Source: Eledone cirrhosa
Taxonomy: Eukaryota
Direction: 5' to 3'
Length of the DNA: 64,000 bases
NCBI GenBank assembly: GCA_964016885.1
Contig: OZ024741.1
Location: 24,800,001-24,864,000 of the forward strand
The notes beneath the pieces were generated by a model. That model was given only the letters and a program-made list of their open reading frames with translations. It did not search any database and was not told the DNA's origin. Both the position numbers and the translations under genes were made by a program. Within the stretch, counting starts at the first letter, position 1. Each line of letters begins with the position of its first letter. Positions 48,701 to 64,000 of the stretch are shown here, in pieces.

Positions 48701-51700
48701 AACAACATAGACAGTGTCTTTTATTAGAAATATGGTAATGAAAGGGTTAAACAACATAGACAGTGTCTTTTATTAGAAATATGGTAATGAAAGGGTTAGA
48801 CAACATAGACAGTGTCTTTTATTAGAAATATGGTAATGAAAGGGTTACACAACATAGTGTCTTTTATTAGAAATATGGTAATGAAAGGGTTAAACAACAT
48901 AGACAGTGTCTTTTATTAGAAATATGGTAATGAAAGGGTTAAACAACATAGACAGTGTCTTTTATTAGAAATATGGTAATGAAAGGGTTAAACAACATAC
49001 ACAGTGTCTTTTATTAGATATAGGGTAATGAAAGTGTTAAACAACATAGACAGTGTCTTTTATTAGAAATATGATAATGAAAGGGTTAAACAACATAGAC
49101 AGTGTCTTTTATTAGATATATGGTAATGAAAGGGTTAAACAACATAGACAGTGTCTTTTATTAGAAATATGGTAATGAAAGGTTTAAACAACATAGACAG
49201 TGTCTTTTATTAGAAATATGGTAATGAAAGGGTTAAACAACATAGACAGTGTCTTTTATTAGAAATATGGTAATGAAAGGGTTAAACAACATAGACAGTG
49301 TCTTTTATTAGAAATATGGTAATGAAAGGGTTAAACAACATAGACAGTGTCTTTTATTAGAAATATGGTAATGAAAGTGTTAAAAAACATAGACGGTGTC
49401 TTTTATTAGAAATATAATAATGAAAGGGTTAAACAACAGAAATATGGTAATGTTAGGGTTAAACAACATAGACAGTGTCTTTTATTAGAAATATGGTAAT
49501 GAAGGGGTTAAATAACATAGAGAATGTCTATTATTAGATATAGGGTAATGAAAGGGTTAAACAACATAGACAGTGTCTTTTATTAGAAATATGGTAATGA
49601 AAGGGTTAAACAACATAGACAGTGTCTTTTATTAGAAATATGGTAATGAAAGGTTTAAACAACATAGACAGTGTCTTTTATTAGAAATATGATAATGAAA
49701 GGGTTAAACAACATAGACAGTGTCTTTTATTAGAAATATGGTAATGAAAGGGTTAAACAACATAGACAGTGTCTTTTATTAGAAATATGGTAATGAAAGG
49801 GTTAAACAACATAGACAGTGTCTTTTATTAAATATAGGGTAATGAAAGTGTTAAAAAACATAGACGGTGTCCTTTATTAGAAATATAATAATGAAAGGGT
49901 TAAACAACAGAAATATGGTAATGTTAGGGTTAAACAACATAGACAGTGTCTTTAATTAGAAATATGGTAATGAAAGGGTTAAACAACATATACTGTGTCT
50001 TTTATTACAAATATGGTACTGAAAGGGTTAAACAACATAGACAGTGTCTTTTATTTGAAATATGGTAATGAAAGAGTTAAACAACATAGACAGTGTCTTT
50101 TATTAGAAATATGGTACTGAAAGGGTTAAACAACATAGATAGTGTCTTTTATTAGAAATATGGTAATGAAAGGGTTAAACAACATAGACAGTGTCTTTTA
50201 GTAGATATAGGGTAATGAAAGGGTTAAACAACATAGACAGTGTCTTTTATTAGAAATATGGTAATGAAAGGGTTAAACAACATAGACAGTGTCTTCTATT
50301 AGAAATATGATAATGAAAGGGTTAAACAACATAGACAGTGTCTTTTATTAGAAATATGGTAATGAAAGGGTTAAACAACATAGACAGTGTCTTTTATTAA
50401 ATATAGGGTAATGAAAGTGTTAAAAAACATAGACAGTGTCTTTTATTAGAAATATAATAATGAAAGGGTTAAACAACAGAAATATGGTAATGATAGGGTT
50501 AAACAACATAGACAGTGTCTTTTATTAGAAATATGGTAATGAAAGGGTTAAACAACATATACTGTGTCTTTTATTAGAAATATGGTACTGAAAGGTTTAA
50601 ACAACATAGACAGTGTCTTTTATTAGAAATATGATAATGAAAGGGTTAAACAACATAGACAGTGTCTTTTATTAGAAATATGATAATGAAAGGGTTAAAC
50701 AACATAGACAGTGTCTTTTATTAGAAATATGGTAATGAAAGGGTTAAACAACATAGACAGTGTCTTTTATTAGAAATATGGTAATGAAAGGGTTAAACAA
50801 CATAGACAGTGTCTTTTATTAAATATAGGGTAATGAAAGTGTTAAAAAACATAGACGGTGTCCTTTATTAGAAATATAATAATGAAAGGGTTAAACAACA
50901 GAAATATGGTAATGTTAGGGTTAAACAACATAGACAGTGTCTTTTATTAGAAATATGGTAATGAAAGGGTTAAACAACATATACTGTGTCTTTTATTAGA
51001 AATATGGTACTGAAAGGGTTAAACAACATAGACAGTGTCTTTTATTTGAAATATGGTAATGAAAGAGTTAAACAACATAGACAGTGTCTTTTATTAGAAA
51101 TATGGTACTGAAAGGGTTAAACAACATAGATAGTGTCTTTTATTAGAAATATGGTAATGAAAGGGTTAAACAACATAGACAGTGTCTTTTAGTAGATATA
51201 GGGTAATGAAAGGGTTAAACAACATAGACAGTGTCTTTTATTAGAAATATGGTAATGAAAGGGTTAAACAACATAGACAGTGTCTTCTATTAGAAATATG
51301 ATAATGAAAGGGTTAAACAACATAGACAGTGTCTTTTATTAGAAATATGGTAATGAAAGGGCTAAACAACATAGACAGTGTCTTTTATTAAATATAGGGT
51401 AATGAAAGTGTTAAAAAACATAGACAGTGTCTTTTATTAGAAATATAATAATGAAAGGGTTAAACAACAGAAATATGGTAATGATAGGGTTAAACAACAT
51501 AGACAGTGTCTTTTATTAGAAATATGGTACTGAAAGGGTTAAACAACATAGACAGTGTCTTTTATTAGAAATATGGTAATGAAAGTGTTAAACAACATAG
51601 ACAGTGTCTTTTATTAGAAATATGGTAATTAAAGGGTTAAACAACATTGACAGTGTCTTTTATTAGAAATATGGTAATGCAAGGGTTAAACAACATAGAC

Positions 51701-54700
51701 AGTGTGTTTTATTAGAAATATGGTAATGAAAGGGTTAAACAACATAGACAGTGTCTTTTATTACAAATATGGTAATGAAAGGGTTAAACAACATAGACAG
51801 TGTCTTTTATTGGAAATATGATAATGAAAGGGTTAAACAACATAGACAGTGTCTTTTATTAGAAATATGGTAATGAAAGGGTTAAACAACATAGACAGTG
51901 TCTTTTATTAGAAATATGGTAATGAAAGGGTTAAACAACATAGACAGTGTCTTTTATTAGAAATATGATAATGAAAGGGTTAAACAACAGAGACAGTGTC
52001 TTTTATTAGATATAGGGTAATGAATGTGTTAAACAACATAGACAGTGTCTTTTATGAGAAATATGGTAATGAAAGGGTTAAACAACATAGACAGTGTCTT
52101 TTATTTGAAATATGGTAATGAAAGGGTTAAACAACATAGACAGTGTCTTTTATTAGAAATATGGTAATGAAAGGGTTACACAACATAGACAGTGTCTTTT
52201 ATTAGAAATATGGTAATGAAAGGGTTAAACAACATAGACAGTGTCTTTTATTAGAAATATGGTAATGAAAGGGTTAAACAACATAGACAGTGTCTTTTAT
52301 TAGAAATATGGTAATGAAAGGGTTAAACAACATAGACAGTGTCTTTTATTAGATATAGGGTAATGAAAGGGTTAAACAACATAGACAGTGTCTTTTATTA
52401 GAAATATGGTAATGAAAGGGTTAAACAACATAGACAGTGTCTTTTATTAGAAATATGGTAATGAAAGGGTTAAACAACATAGACAGTGTCTTTTATTAGA
52501 AATATGGTAATGAAAGGGTTACACAACATAGACAGTGTCTTTTATTAGAAATATGGTAATGAAAGGGTTAAACAACATAGACAGTGTCTTTTATTAGAAA
52601 TATGGTAATGAAAGAGTTAAACAACATAGACAGTGTCTTTTATTAGAAATATGGTAATGAAAGGGTTAAACAACATAGACAGTGTGTTTTATTAGAAATA
52701 TGGTAATGAAAGGGTTAAACAACATAGACAGTGTCTTTTATTAGAAATATGGTAATGAAAGGGTTAAACAACATAGACAGTGTCTTTTATTAGAAATACA
52801 ACATAGACAGTGTGTTTTATTAGAAATATGGTAATGAAAGGGTTAAACAACATAGACAGTGTCTTTTATTAGAAATATGATAATGAAAGGGTTAAAAAAC
52901 ATAGACAGTGTCTTGTATTAGAAATATGGTAATGAAAGGGTTAAACAACATAGACAGTGTCTTTTATTAGAAATATGATAATGAAAGGATTAAACAACAT
53001 AGAGAGTGTCTTTTATTAGATATAGGGTAATGAATGTGTTAAACAACATAGACAGTGTCTTTTATTAGAAATACAACATAGACAGTGTGTTTTATTAGAA
53101 ATATGGTAATGAAAGGGTTAAACAACATAGACAGTGTCTTTTATTAGAAATATGATAATGAAAGGGTTAAAAAACATAGACAGTGTCTTTTATTAGAAAT
53201 ATGGTAATGAAAGGTTTAAACAACATAGACAGTGTGTTTTATTAGAAATATGATAATGCAAGGGTTAAACAACATAGACAGTGTGTTTTATTAAAAATAT
53301 GATAATGAAAGGGTTAAAAAACATAGACAGTGTCTTGTATTAGAAATATGGTAATGAAAGGGTTAAACAACATAGACAGTGTCTTTTATTAGAAATATGG
53401 TAATGAAAGGGTTAAACAACATAGACAGTGTCTTTTATTAGAAATATGGTAATGAAAGGTTTAAACAACATAGACAGTGTCATTTATTAGAAATATGGTA
53501 ATGAAAGGTTTAAACAACATAGACAGTGTCTTTTATTGGAAATATGATAATGAAAGGGTTAAACAACATAGACAGTGTCTTTTATTAGAAATATGGTAAT
53601 GAAAGGGTTAAACAACATGGACAGTGTCTTTTATTAGAAATATGGTAATGAAAGGGTTAAACAACATAGACAGTGTCTTTTATTACAAATATGGTAATGA
53701 AAGAGTTAAACAACATAGACAGTGTCTTTTATTAGAAATATGGTAATGGAAGGGTTAAACAACATAGACAGTGTCTTTTATTAGAAATACAACATAGACA
53801 GTGTGTTTTATTAGAAATATGGTAATGAAAGGGTTAAACAACATAGACAGTGTCTTTTATTAGAAATATGATAATGAAAGGGTTAAAAAACATAGACAGT
53901 GTCTTGTATTAGAAATATGGTAATGAAAGGGTTAAACAACATAGACAGTGTCTTTTATTAGAAATATGGTAATGCAAGGGTTAAACAACATAGACAGTGT
54001 CTTTTATTAGAAATATGATAATGAAAGGATTAAACAACATAGAGAGTGTCTTTTATTAGATATAGGGTAATGAATGTGTTAAACAACATAGACAGTGTCT
54101 TTTATTAGAAATATGGTAATGAAAGGTTTAAACAACATAGACAGTGTGTTTTATTAGAAATATGGTAATGCAAGGGTTAAACAACATAGACAGTGTGTTT
54201 TATTAGAAATATGATAATGAAAGGGTTAAAAAACATAGACAGTGTCTTGTATTAGAAATATGGTAATGAAAGGGTTAAACAACATAGACAGTGTCTTTTA
54301 TTAGAAATATGGTAATGAAAGGGTTAAACAACATAGACAGTGTCTTTTATTAGAAATATGGTAATGAAAGGTTTAAACAACATAGACAGTGTCTTTTATT
54401 AGAAATATGGTAACGAAAGGGTTAAACAACATAGACAGTGTCTTTTATTAGAAATATGGTAATGAAAGAGTTAAACAACATAGACAGTGTCTTTTATTAG
54501 AAATATGGTAATGAAAGGGTTAAACAACATAGACAGTGTGTTTTATTAGACATATGGTAATGAAAGGGTTAAACAACATAGACAGTGTCTTTTATTAGAT
54601 ATAGGGTAATGAAAGTGTTAAACAACATAGACAGTGTCTTTTATTAGAAATATGGTAATGAAAGGGTTAAACAACATAGACAGTGTCTTTTATTAGAAAT

Positions 54701-57700
54701 ATGGTAATGAAAGGGTTAAACAACATAGACAGTGTCTTTTATTAGAAATATCGTAATGAAAGGGTTAAACAACATAGACAGTGTCTTTTATTAGAAATAT
54801 GGTAATGAAAGGGTTAAACAACGTAGACAGTGTCTTTTATTAGAAATATGGTAATGAAAGGTTTAAACAACATAGACAGTGTCTTTTATTAGAAATATGG
54901 TAACGAAAGGGTTAAACAACATAGACAGTGTCTTTTATTAGAAATATGGTAATGAAAGATTTAAACAACATAGACAGTGTCTTTTATTAGAAATATGATA
55001 ATGAAAGGGTTAAACAACATAGACAGTGTCTTTTATTAGATATAGGGTAATGAAAGGGTTAAACAACATAGACAGTGTCTTTTATTAGATATAGGGTAAT
55101 GAATGTGTTAAACAACATAGACAGTGTCTTTTATTAGAAATATGGTAATGAAAGGGTTAAACAACATAGACAGTGTCTTTTATTAGAAATATGGTAATGA
55201 AAGGGTTAAACAACATAGACAGTGTCTTTTATTAGATATAGGGTAATGAAAGGGTTAAACAACATAGACAGTGTCTTTTATTAGAAATATGGTAATGAAA
55301 GGGTTAAACAACATAGACAGTGTCTTTTATTAGAAATATGATAATGAAAGGGTTAAACAACATAGACAGTGTCTTTTATTAGATATAGGGTAATGAAAGG
55401 GTTAAACAACATAGACAGTGTCTTTTATTAGATATAGGGTAATGAATGTGTTAAACAACATAGACAGTGTCTTTTATTAGAAATATGGTAATGAAAGGGT
55501 TAAACAACATAGACAGTGTCTTTTATTAGAAATATGGTAATGAAAGGGTTAAACAACATAGACAGTGTCTTTTATTAGATATAGGGTAATGAAAGGGTTA
55601 AACAACATAGACAGTGTCTTTTATTAGAAATATGATAATGAAAGGGTTAAACAACATAGACAGTGTCTTTTATTAGATATAGGGTAATGAAAGGGTTAAA
55701 CAACATAGACAGTGTCTTTTATTAGATATAGGGTAATGAATGTGTTAAACAACATAGACAGTGTCTTTTATTAGAAATATGGTAATGAAAGGGTTAAACA
55801 ACATAGACAGTGTCTTTTATTAGAAATATGGTAATGAAAGGGTTAAACAACATAGACAGTGTCTTTTTTTAGATATAGGGTAATGAAAGGGTTAAACAAC
55901 ATAGACAGTGTCTTTTATTAGAAATATGATAATGAAAGGGTTAAACAACATAGACAGTGTCTTTTATTAGATATAGGGTAATGAAAGGGTTAAACAACAT
56001 AGACAGTGTCTTTTATTAGATATAGGGTAATGAATGTGTTAAACAACATAGACAGTGTCTTTTATTAGAAATATGGTAATGAAAGGGTTAAACAACATAG
56101 ACAGTGTCTTTTATTAGAAATATGGTAATGAAAGGGTTAAACAACATAGACAGTGTCTTTTATTAGATATAGGGTAATGAAAGGGTTAAACAACATAGAC
56201 AGTGTCTTTTATTAGAAATATGGTAATGAAAGGGTTAAACAACATAGTCAGTGTCTTTTATTAGATATAGGGTAATGAAAGGGTTAAACAACATAGACAG
56301 TGTCTTTTATTCGAAATATGATAATGAAAGGGTTAAACAACATAGAGAGTGTCTTTTATTAGATATAGGGTAATGAATGTGTTAAACAACATAGACAGTG
56401 TCTTTTATTAGAAATATGGTAATGAAAGGGTTAAACAACATAGACAGTGTCTTTTATTAGAAATATGGTAATGAAAGGGTTAAACAACATAGACAGTGTC
56501 TTTTATTAGATATAGGGTAATGAAAGGGTTAAACAACATAGACAGTGTCTTTTATTAGAAATATGGTAATGAAAGGGTTAAACAACATAGACAGTGTCTT
56601 TTATTAGAAATATGGTAATGAAAGGGTTAAACAACATAGACAGTGTGTTTTATTAGAAATATGGTAATGCAAGGGTTAAACAACATAGACAGTGTCTTTT
56701 ATTAGAAATATGGTAATGAAAGGTTTAAACAACATAGACAGTGTGTTTTATTAGAAATATGGTTATGAAAGGGTTAAACAACATAGACAGTGTCTTTTAT
56801 TACAAATATGGTAATGAAAGGGTTAAACAACATAGACAGTGTCTTTTATTGGAAATATGATAATGAAAGGGTTAAACAACATAGACAGTGTCTTTTATTA
56901 GAAATATGGTAATGAAAGGGTTAAACAACATAGACAGTGTCTTTTATTAGATATAGGGTAATGAAAGGGTTAAACAACATAGACAGTGTCTTTTATTAGA
57001 AATATGGTAATGAAAGGGTTAAACAACATAGACAGTGTCTTTTATTAGAAATATGGTAATTAAAGGGTTAAACAACATTGACAGTGTCTTTTATTAGAAA
57101 TATGGTAATGCAAGGGTTAAACAACATAGACAGTGTCTTTTATTAGAAATATGGTAATGAAAGGTTTAAACAACATAGACAGTGTGTTTTATTAGAAATA
57201 TGGTAATGAAAGGGTTAAACAACATAGACAGTGTCTTTTATTAGATATAGGGTAATGAAAGGGTTAAACAACATAGACAGTGTCTTTTATTCGAAATATG
57301 ATAATGAAAGGGTTAAACAACATAGAGAGTGTCTTTTATTAGATATAGGGTAATGAATGTGTTAAACAACATAGACAGTGTCTTTTATTAGAAATATGGT
57401 AATGAAAGGGTTAAACAACATAGACAGTGTCTTTTATTAGAAATATGGTAATGAAAGGGTTAAACAACATAGACAGTGTCTTTTATTAGATATAGGGTAA
57501 TGAAAGGGTTAAACAACATAGACAGTGTCTTTTATTAGAAATATGGTAATGAAAGGGTTAAACAACATAGACAGTGTCTTTTATTAGAAATATGGTAATG
57601 AAAGGGTTAAACAACATAGACAGTGTGTTTTATTAGAAATATGGTAATGCAAGGGTTAAACAACATAGACAGTGTCTTTTATTAGAAATATGGTAATGAA

Positions 57701-60700
57701 AGGTTTAAACAACATAGACAGTGTGTTTTATTAGAAATATGGTAATGAAAGGGTTAAACAACATAGACAGTGTCTTTTATTACAAATAGGGTAATGAAAG
57801 GGTTAAACAACATAGACAGTGTCTTTTATTGGAAATATGATAATGAAAGGGTTAAACAACATAGACAGTGTCTTTTATTAGAAATATGGTAATGAAAGGG
57901 TTAAACAACATAGACAGTGTCTTTTATTAGATATAGGGTAATGAAAGGGTTAAACAACATAGACAGTGTCTTTTATTAGAAATATGGTAATGAAAGGGTT
58001 AAACAACATAGACAGTGTCTTTTATTAGAAATATGGTAATTAAAGGGTTAAACAACATTGACAGTGTCTTTTATTAGAAATATGGTAATGCAAGGGTTAA
58101 ACAACATAGACAGTGTCTTTTATTAGAAATATGGTAATGAAAGGTTTAAACAACATAGACAGTGTGTTTTATTAGAAATATGGTAATGAAAGGGTTAAAC
58201 AACATAGACAGTGTCTTTTATTAGATATAGGGTAATGAAAGGGTTAAACAACATAGACAGTGTCTTTTATTCGAAATATGATAATGAAAGGGTTAAACAA
58301 TATAGAGAGTGTCTTTTATTAGATATAGGGTAATGAATGTGTTAAACAACATAGACAGTGTCTTTTATTAGAAATATGGTAATGAAAGGGTTAAACAACA
58401 TAGACAGTGTCTTTTATTAGAAATATGGTAATGAAAGGGTTAAACAACATAGACAGTGTCTTTTATTAGATATAGGGTAATGAAAGGGTTAAACAACATA
58501 GACAGTGTCTTTTATTAGAAATATGGTAATGAAAGGGTTAAACAACATAGACAGTGTCTTTTATTAGAAATATGGTAATGAAAGGGTTAAACAACATAGA
58601 CAGTGTGTTTTATTAGAAATATGGTAATGCAAGGGTTAAACAACATAGACAGTGTCTTTTATTAGAAATATGGTAATGAAAGGTTTAAACAACATAGACA
58701 GTGTGTTTTATTAGAAATATGGTAATGAAAGGGTTAAACAACATAGACAGTGTCTTTTATTACAAATATGGTAATGAAAGGGTTAAACAACATAGACAGT
58801 GTCTTTTATTGGAAATATGATAATGAAAGGGTTAAACAACATAGACAGTGTCTTTTATTAGAAATATGGTAATGAAAGGGTTAAACAACATAGACAGTGT
58901 CTTTTATTAGATATAGGGTAATGAAAGGGTTAAACAACATAGACAGTGTCTTTTATTAGAAATATGGTAATGAAAGGGTTAAACAACATAGACAGTGTCT
59001 TTTATTAGAAATATGGTAATTAAAGGGTTAAACAACATTGACAGTGTCTTTTATTAGAAATATGGTAATGCAAGGGTTAAACAACATAGACAGTGTCTTT
59101 TATTAGAAATATGGTAATGAAAGGTTTAAACAACATAGACAGTGTGTTTTATTAGAAATATGGTAATGAAAGGGTTAAACAACATAGACAGTGTCTTTTA
59201 TTACAAATATGGTAATGAAAGGGTTAAACAACATAGACAGTGTCTTTTATTGGAAATATGATAATGAAAGGGTTAAACAACATAGACAGTGTCTTTTATT
59301 AGAAATATGGTAATGAAAGGGTTAAACAACATAGACAGTGTCTTTTATTAGAAATATGGTAATGAAAGGGTTAAACAACATAGACAGTGTCTTTTATTAG
59401 AAATATGATAATGAAAGGGTTAAACAACATAGACAGTGTCTTTTATTAGATATAGGGTAATGAATGTGTTAAACAACATAGACAGTGTCTTTTATGAGAA
59501 ATATGGTAATGAAAGGGTTAAACAACATAGACAGTGTCTTTTATTTGAAATATGGTAATGAAAGGGTTAAACAACATAGACAGTGTCTTTTATTAGAAAT
59601 ATGGTAATGAAAGGGTTAGACAACATAGACAGTGTCTTTTATTAGAAATATGGTAATGAAAGGGTTACACAACATAGACAGTGTCTTTTATTAGAAATAT
59701 GGTAATGAAAGGGTTAAACAACATAGACAGTGTCTTTTATTAGAAATATGGTAATGAAAGGGTTAAACAACATAGACAGTGTCTTTTATTAGAAATATGG
59801 TAATGAAAGGGTTAAACAACATAGACAGTGTCTTTTATTAGAAATATGGTAATGAAAGGGTTAAACAACATAGACAGTGTCTTTTATTAGATATAGGGTA
59901 ATGAAAGGGTTAAACAACATAGACAGTGTCTTTTATTAGAAATATGGTAATGAAAGGGTTAAACAACATAGACAGTGTCTTTTATTAGAAATATGGTAAT
60001 GAAAGGGTTAAACAACATAGACAGTGTCTTTTATTAGAAATATGGTAATGAAAGGGTTACACAACATAGACAGTGTCTATTATTAGAAATATGGTAATGA
60101 AAGGGTTAAACAACATAGACAGTGTCTTTTATTAGAAATATGGTAATGAAAGAGTTAAACAACATAGACAGTGTCTTTTATTAGAAATATGATAATGAAA
60201 GGGTTAAACAACATAGACAGTGTGTTTTGTTAGACATATGGTAATGAAAGGGTTAAACAACATAGACAGTGTCTTTTATTAGATATAGGGTAATGAAAGT
60301 GTTAAACAACATAGACAGTGTCTTTTATTAGAAATATGGTAATGAAAGGGTTAAACAACATAGACAGTGTGTTTTATTAGAAATATGGTAATGAAAGGGT
60401 TAAACAACATAGACAGTGTCTTTTATTAGGAATATGGTAATGAAAGGGTTAAACAACATAGACAGTGTCTTTTATTAAATATAGGGTAATGAAAGTGTTA
60501 AAAAACATAGACAGTGTCTTTTATTAGAAATATAATAATGAAAGGGTTAAACAACAGAAATATGGTAATGATAGGGTTAAACAACATAGACAGTGTCTTT
60601 TATTAGAAATATGATAATGAAAGGGTTAAAAAACATAGACAGTGTCTTGTATTAGAAATATGGTAATGAAAGGGTTAAACAACATAGACAGTGTCTTTTA

Positions 60701-63700
60701 TTAGAAATATGGTAATGAAAGGGTTAAACAACATAGACAGTGTCTTTTATTAGAAATATGGTAATGAAAGGGTTAAACAACATAGACAGTGTCTTTTATT
60801 AGAAATACAACATAGACAGTGTGTTTTATTAGAAATATGGTAATGAAAGGGTTAAACAACATAGACAGTGTCTTTTATTAGAAATATGATAATGAAAGGG
60901 TTAAAAAACATAGACAGTGTCTTGTATTAGAAATATGGTAATGAAAGGGTTAAACAACATAGACAGTGTCTTTTATTAGAAATATGATAATGAAAGAATT
61001 AAACAACATAGAGAGTGTCTTTTATTAGATATAGGGTAATGAATGTGTTAAACAACATAGACAGTGTCTTTTATTAGAAATATGGTAATGAAAGGTTTAA
61101 ACAACATAGACAGTGTGTTTTATTAGAAATATGGTAATGCAAGGGTTAAACAACATAGACAGTGTGTTTTATTAAAAATATGATAATGAAAGGGTTAAAA
61201 AACATAGACAGTGTCTTGTATTAGAAATATGGTAATGAAAGGGTTAAACAACATAGACAGTGTCTTTTATTAGAAATATGGTAATGAAAGGATTAAACAA
61301 CATAGACAGTGTCTTTTATTAGAAATATGGTAATGAAAGGTTTAAACAACATAGACAGTGTCTTTTATTAGAAATATGGTAATGAAAGGTTTAAACAACA
61401 TAGACAGTGTCTTTTATTAGAAATATGGTAATGAAAGGTTTAAACAACATAGACAGTGTCTTTTATTGGAAATATGATAATGAAAGGGTTAAACAACATA
61501 GACAGTGTCTTTTATTAGAAATATGGTAATGAAAGGGTTAAACAACATGGACAGTGTCTTTTATTAGAAATATGGTAATGAAAGGGTTAAACAACATAGA
61601 CTGTCTTTTATTACAAATATGGTAATGAAAGGGTTAAACAAGATAGACAGTGTCTTTTATTAGAAATATGGTAATGAAAGAGTTAAACAACATAGACAGT
61701 GTCTTTTATTAGAAATACAACATAGACAGTGTGTTTTATTAGAAATATGGTAATGAAAGGGTTAAACAACATAGACAGTGTCTTTTATTAGAAATATGAT
61801 AATGAAAGGGTTAAAAAACATAGACAGTGTCTTGTATTAGAAATATGGTAATGAAAGGGTTAAACAACATAGACAGTGTCTTTTATTAGAAATATGGTAA
61901 TGCAAGGGTTAAACAACATAGACAGTGTCTTTTATTAGAAATATGATAATGAAAGGATTAAACAACATAGAGAGTGTCTTTTATTAGATATAGGGTAATG
62001 AATGTGTTAAACAACATAGACAGTGTCTTTTATTAGAAATATGGTAATGAAAGGTTTAAACAACATAGACAGTGTGTTTTATTAGAAATATGGTAATGCA
62101 AGGGTTAAACAACATAGACAGTGTGTTTTATTAGAAATATGATAATGAAAGGGTTAAAAAACATAGACAGTGTCTTGTATTAGAAATATGGTAATGAAAG
62201 GGTTAAACAACATAGACAGTGTCTTTTATTAGAAATATGGTAATGAAAGGGTTAAACAACATAGACAGTGTCTTTTATTAGAAATATGGTAATGAAAGGT
62301 TTAAACAACATAGACAGTGTCTTTTATTAGAAATATGGTAACGAAAGGGTTAAACAACATAGACAGTGTCTTTTATTAGAAATATGGTAATGAAAGAGTT
62401 AAACAACATAGACAGTGTCTTTTATTAGAAATATGGTAATGAAAGGGTTAAACAACATAGACAGTGTGTTTTATTAGACATATGGTAATGAAAGGGTTAA
62501 ACAACATAGACAGTGTCTTTTATTAGATATAGGGTAATGAAAGTGTTAAACAACATAGACAGTGTCTTTTATTAGAAATATGGTAATGAAAGGGTTAAAC
62601 AACATAGACAGTGTCTTTTATTAGAAATATGGTAATGAAAGGGTTAAACAACATAGACAGTGTCTTTTATTAGAAATATGGTAATGAAAGGGTTAAACAA
62701 CATAGACAGTGTCTTTTATTAGAAATATGGTAATGAAAGGGTTAAACAACGTAGACAGTGTCTTTTATTAGAAATATGGTAATGAAAGGTTTAAACAACA
62801 TAGACAGTGTGTTTTATTAGAAATATGGTAATGAAAGGGTTAAACAACATAGACAGTGTCTTTTATTAGAAATATGGTAATGAAAGGGTTAAACAACATA
62901 GACAGTGTCTTTTATTAGAAATATGATAATGAAAGGGTTAAACAATATAGACAGTGTCTTTTATTAGATATAGGGTAATGAATGTGTTAAACAACATAGA
63001 CAGTGTCTTTTATTAGAAATATGGTAATGAAAGGGTTAAACAACATAGACAGTGTCTTTTATTAGAAATATGGTAATGAAAGGGTTAAACAACATAGACA
63101 GTGTCTTTTATTAGATATAGGGTAATGAAAGGGTTAAACAACATAGAGAGTGTCTTTTATTAGATATAGTGTAATGAATGTGTTAAACAACATAGACAGT
63201 GTCTTTTATTCGAAATATGATAATGAAAGGGTTAAACAACATAGAGATTGTCTTTTATTAGATATAGGGTAATGAATGTGTTAAACAACATAGACAGTGT
63301 CTTTTATTAGAAATATGGTAATGAAAGGGTTAAACAACATAGACAGTGTCTTTTATTAGAAATATGGTAATGAAAGGGTTAAACAACATACACAGTGTCT
63401 TTTATTAGATATAGGGTAATGAAAGGGTTAAAAAACATAGACAGTGTCTTGTATTAGAAATATGGTAATGAAAGGGTTAAACAACATAGATAGTGTCTTT
63501 TATTAGAAATATGGTAATGAAAGGGTTAAACAACATAGACAGTGTCTTTTATTAGAAATATGATAATGAAAGGATTAAACAACATAGAGAGTGTCTTTTA
63601 TTAGATATAGGGTAATGAATGTGTTAAACAACATAGACAGTGTCTTTTATTAGAAATATGGTAATGAAAGGTTTAAACAACATAGACAGTGTGTTTTATT

Positions 63701-64000
63701 AGAAATATGGTAATGCAAGGGTTAAACAACATAGACAGTGTGTTTTATTAGAAATATGATAATGAAAGGGTTAAAAAACATAGACAGTGTCTTGTATTAG
63801 AAATATGGTAATGAACGGGTTAAACAACATAGACAGTGTCTTTTATTAGAAATATGGTAATGAAAGGGTTAAACAACATAGACAGTGTCTTTTATTAGAA
63901 ATATGGTAATGAAAGGTTTAAACAACATAGACAGTGTCTTTTATTAGAAATATGGTAACGAAAGGGTTAAACAACATAGACAGTGTCTTTTATTTGAAAT

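Larger units (their letters stand above)
25749..64000. repeat. 49-bp satellite array, ~730 monomers, running off the window end
   Basis: Consensus tattagaaatatggtaatgaaagggttaaacaacatagacagtgtcttt. Interrupted once, at 28243-30757. Confidence 0.99.

Noticed and set aside
25749-64000. CRISPR-like regular repeat array
   Set aside because: Monomers abut with no unique spacers, no cas genes are present, and the context is eukaryotic. It is satellite DNA.

Overview
Eukaryotic, AT-rich animal DNA, most likely an octopod cephalopod (inferred from the SINE and LINE families). The left part (1-16 kb) holds four 3' coding exons of a + strand animal heme-peroxidase-like gene with phase-compatible GT-AG introns. 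Its heme-binding residues are substituted, and the acceptor of the 4th exon is amplified into 24 in-frame 45-bp copies. Two related Tx1/L1-type non-LTR retrotransposons are present: a degenerate full-length copy with a 23-bp TSD in an intron, and a copy with an intact 1145-aa ORF2 after a 200-N gap. In both, ORF2 is bracketed exactly by a splice donor and a splice acceptor. Also present are three non-autonomous Helitrons (one retains a spliced STPR-repeat mini-ORF), tRNA-derived SINEs, foldback/MITE-like inverted repeats, several minisatellites, and a Penelope-type hammerhead motif near the window start. From 25.75 kb to the window end lies a 49-bp satellite of about 730 copies, with a piggyBac-like terminus in every monomer and nested higher-order repeats. 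All calls come from reading the sequence; no database searches were run.
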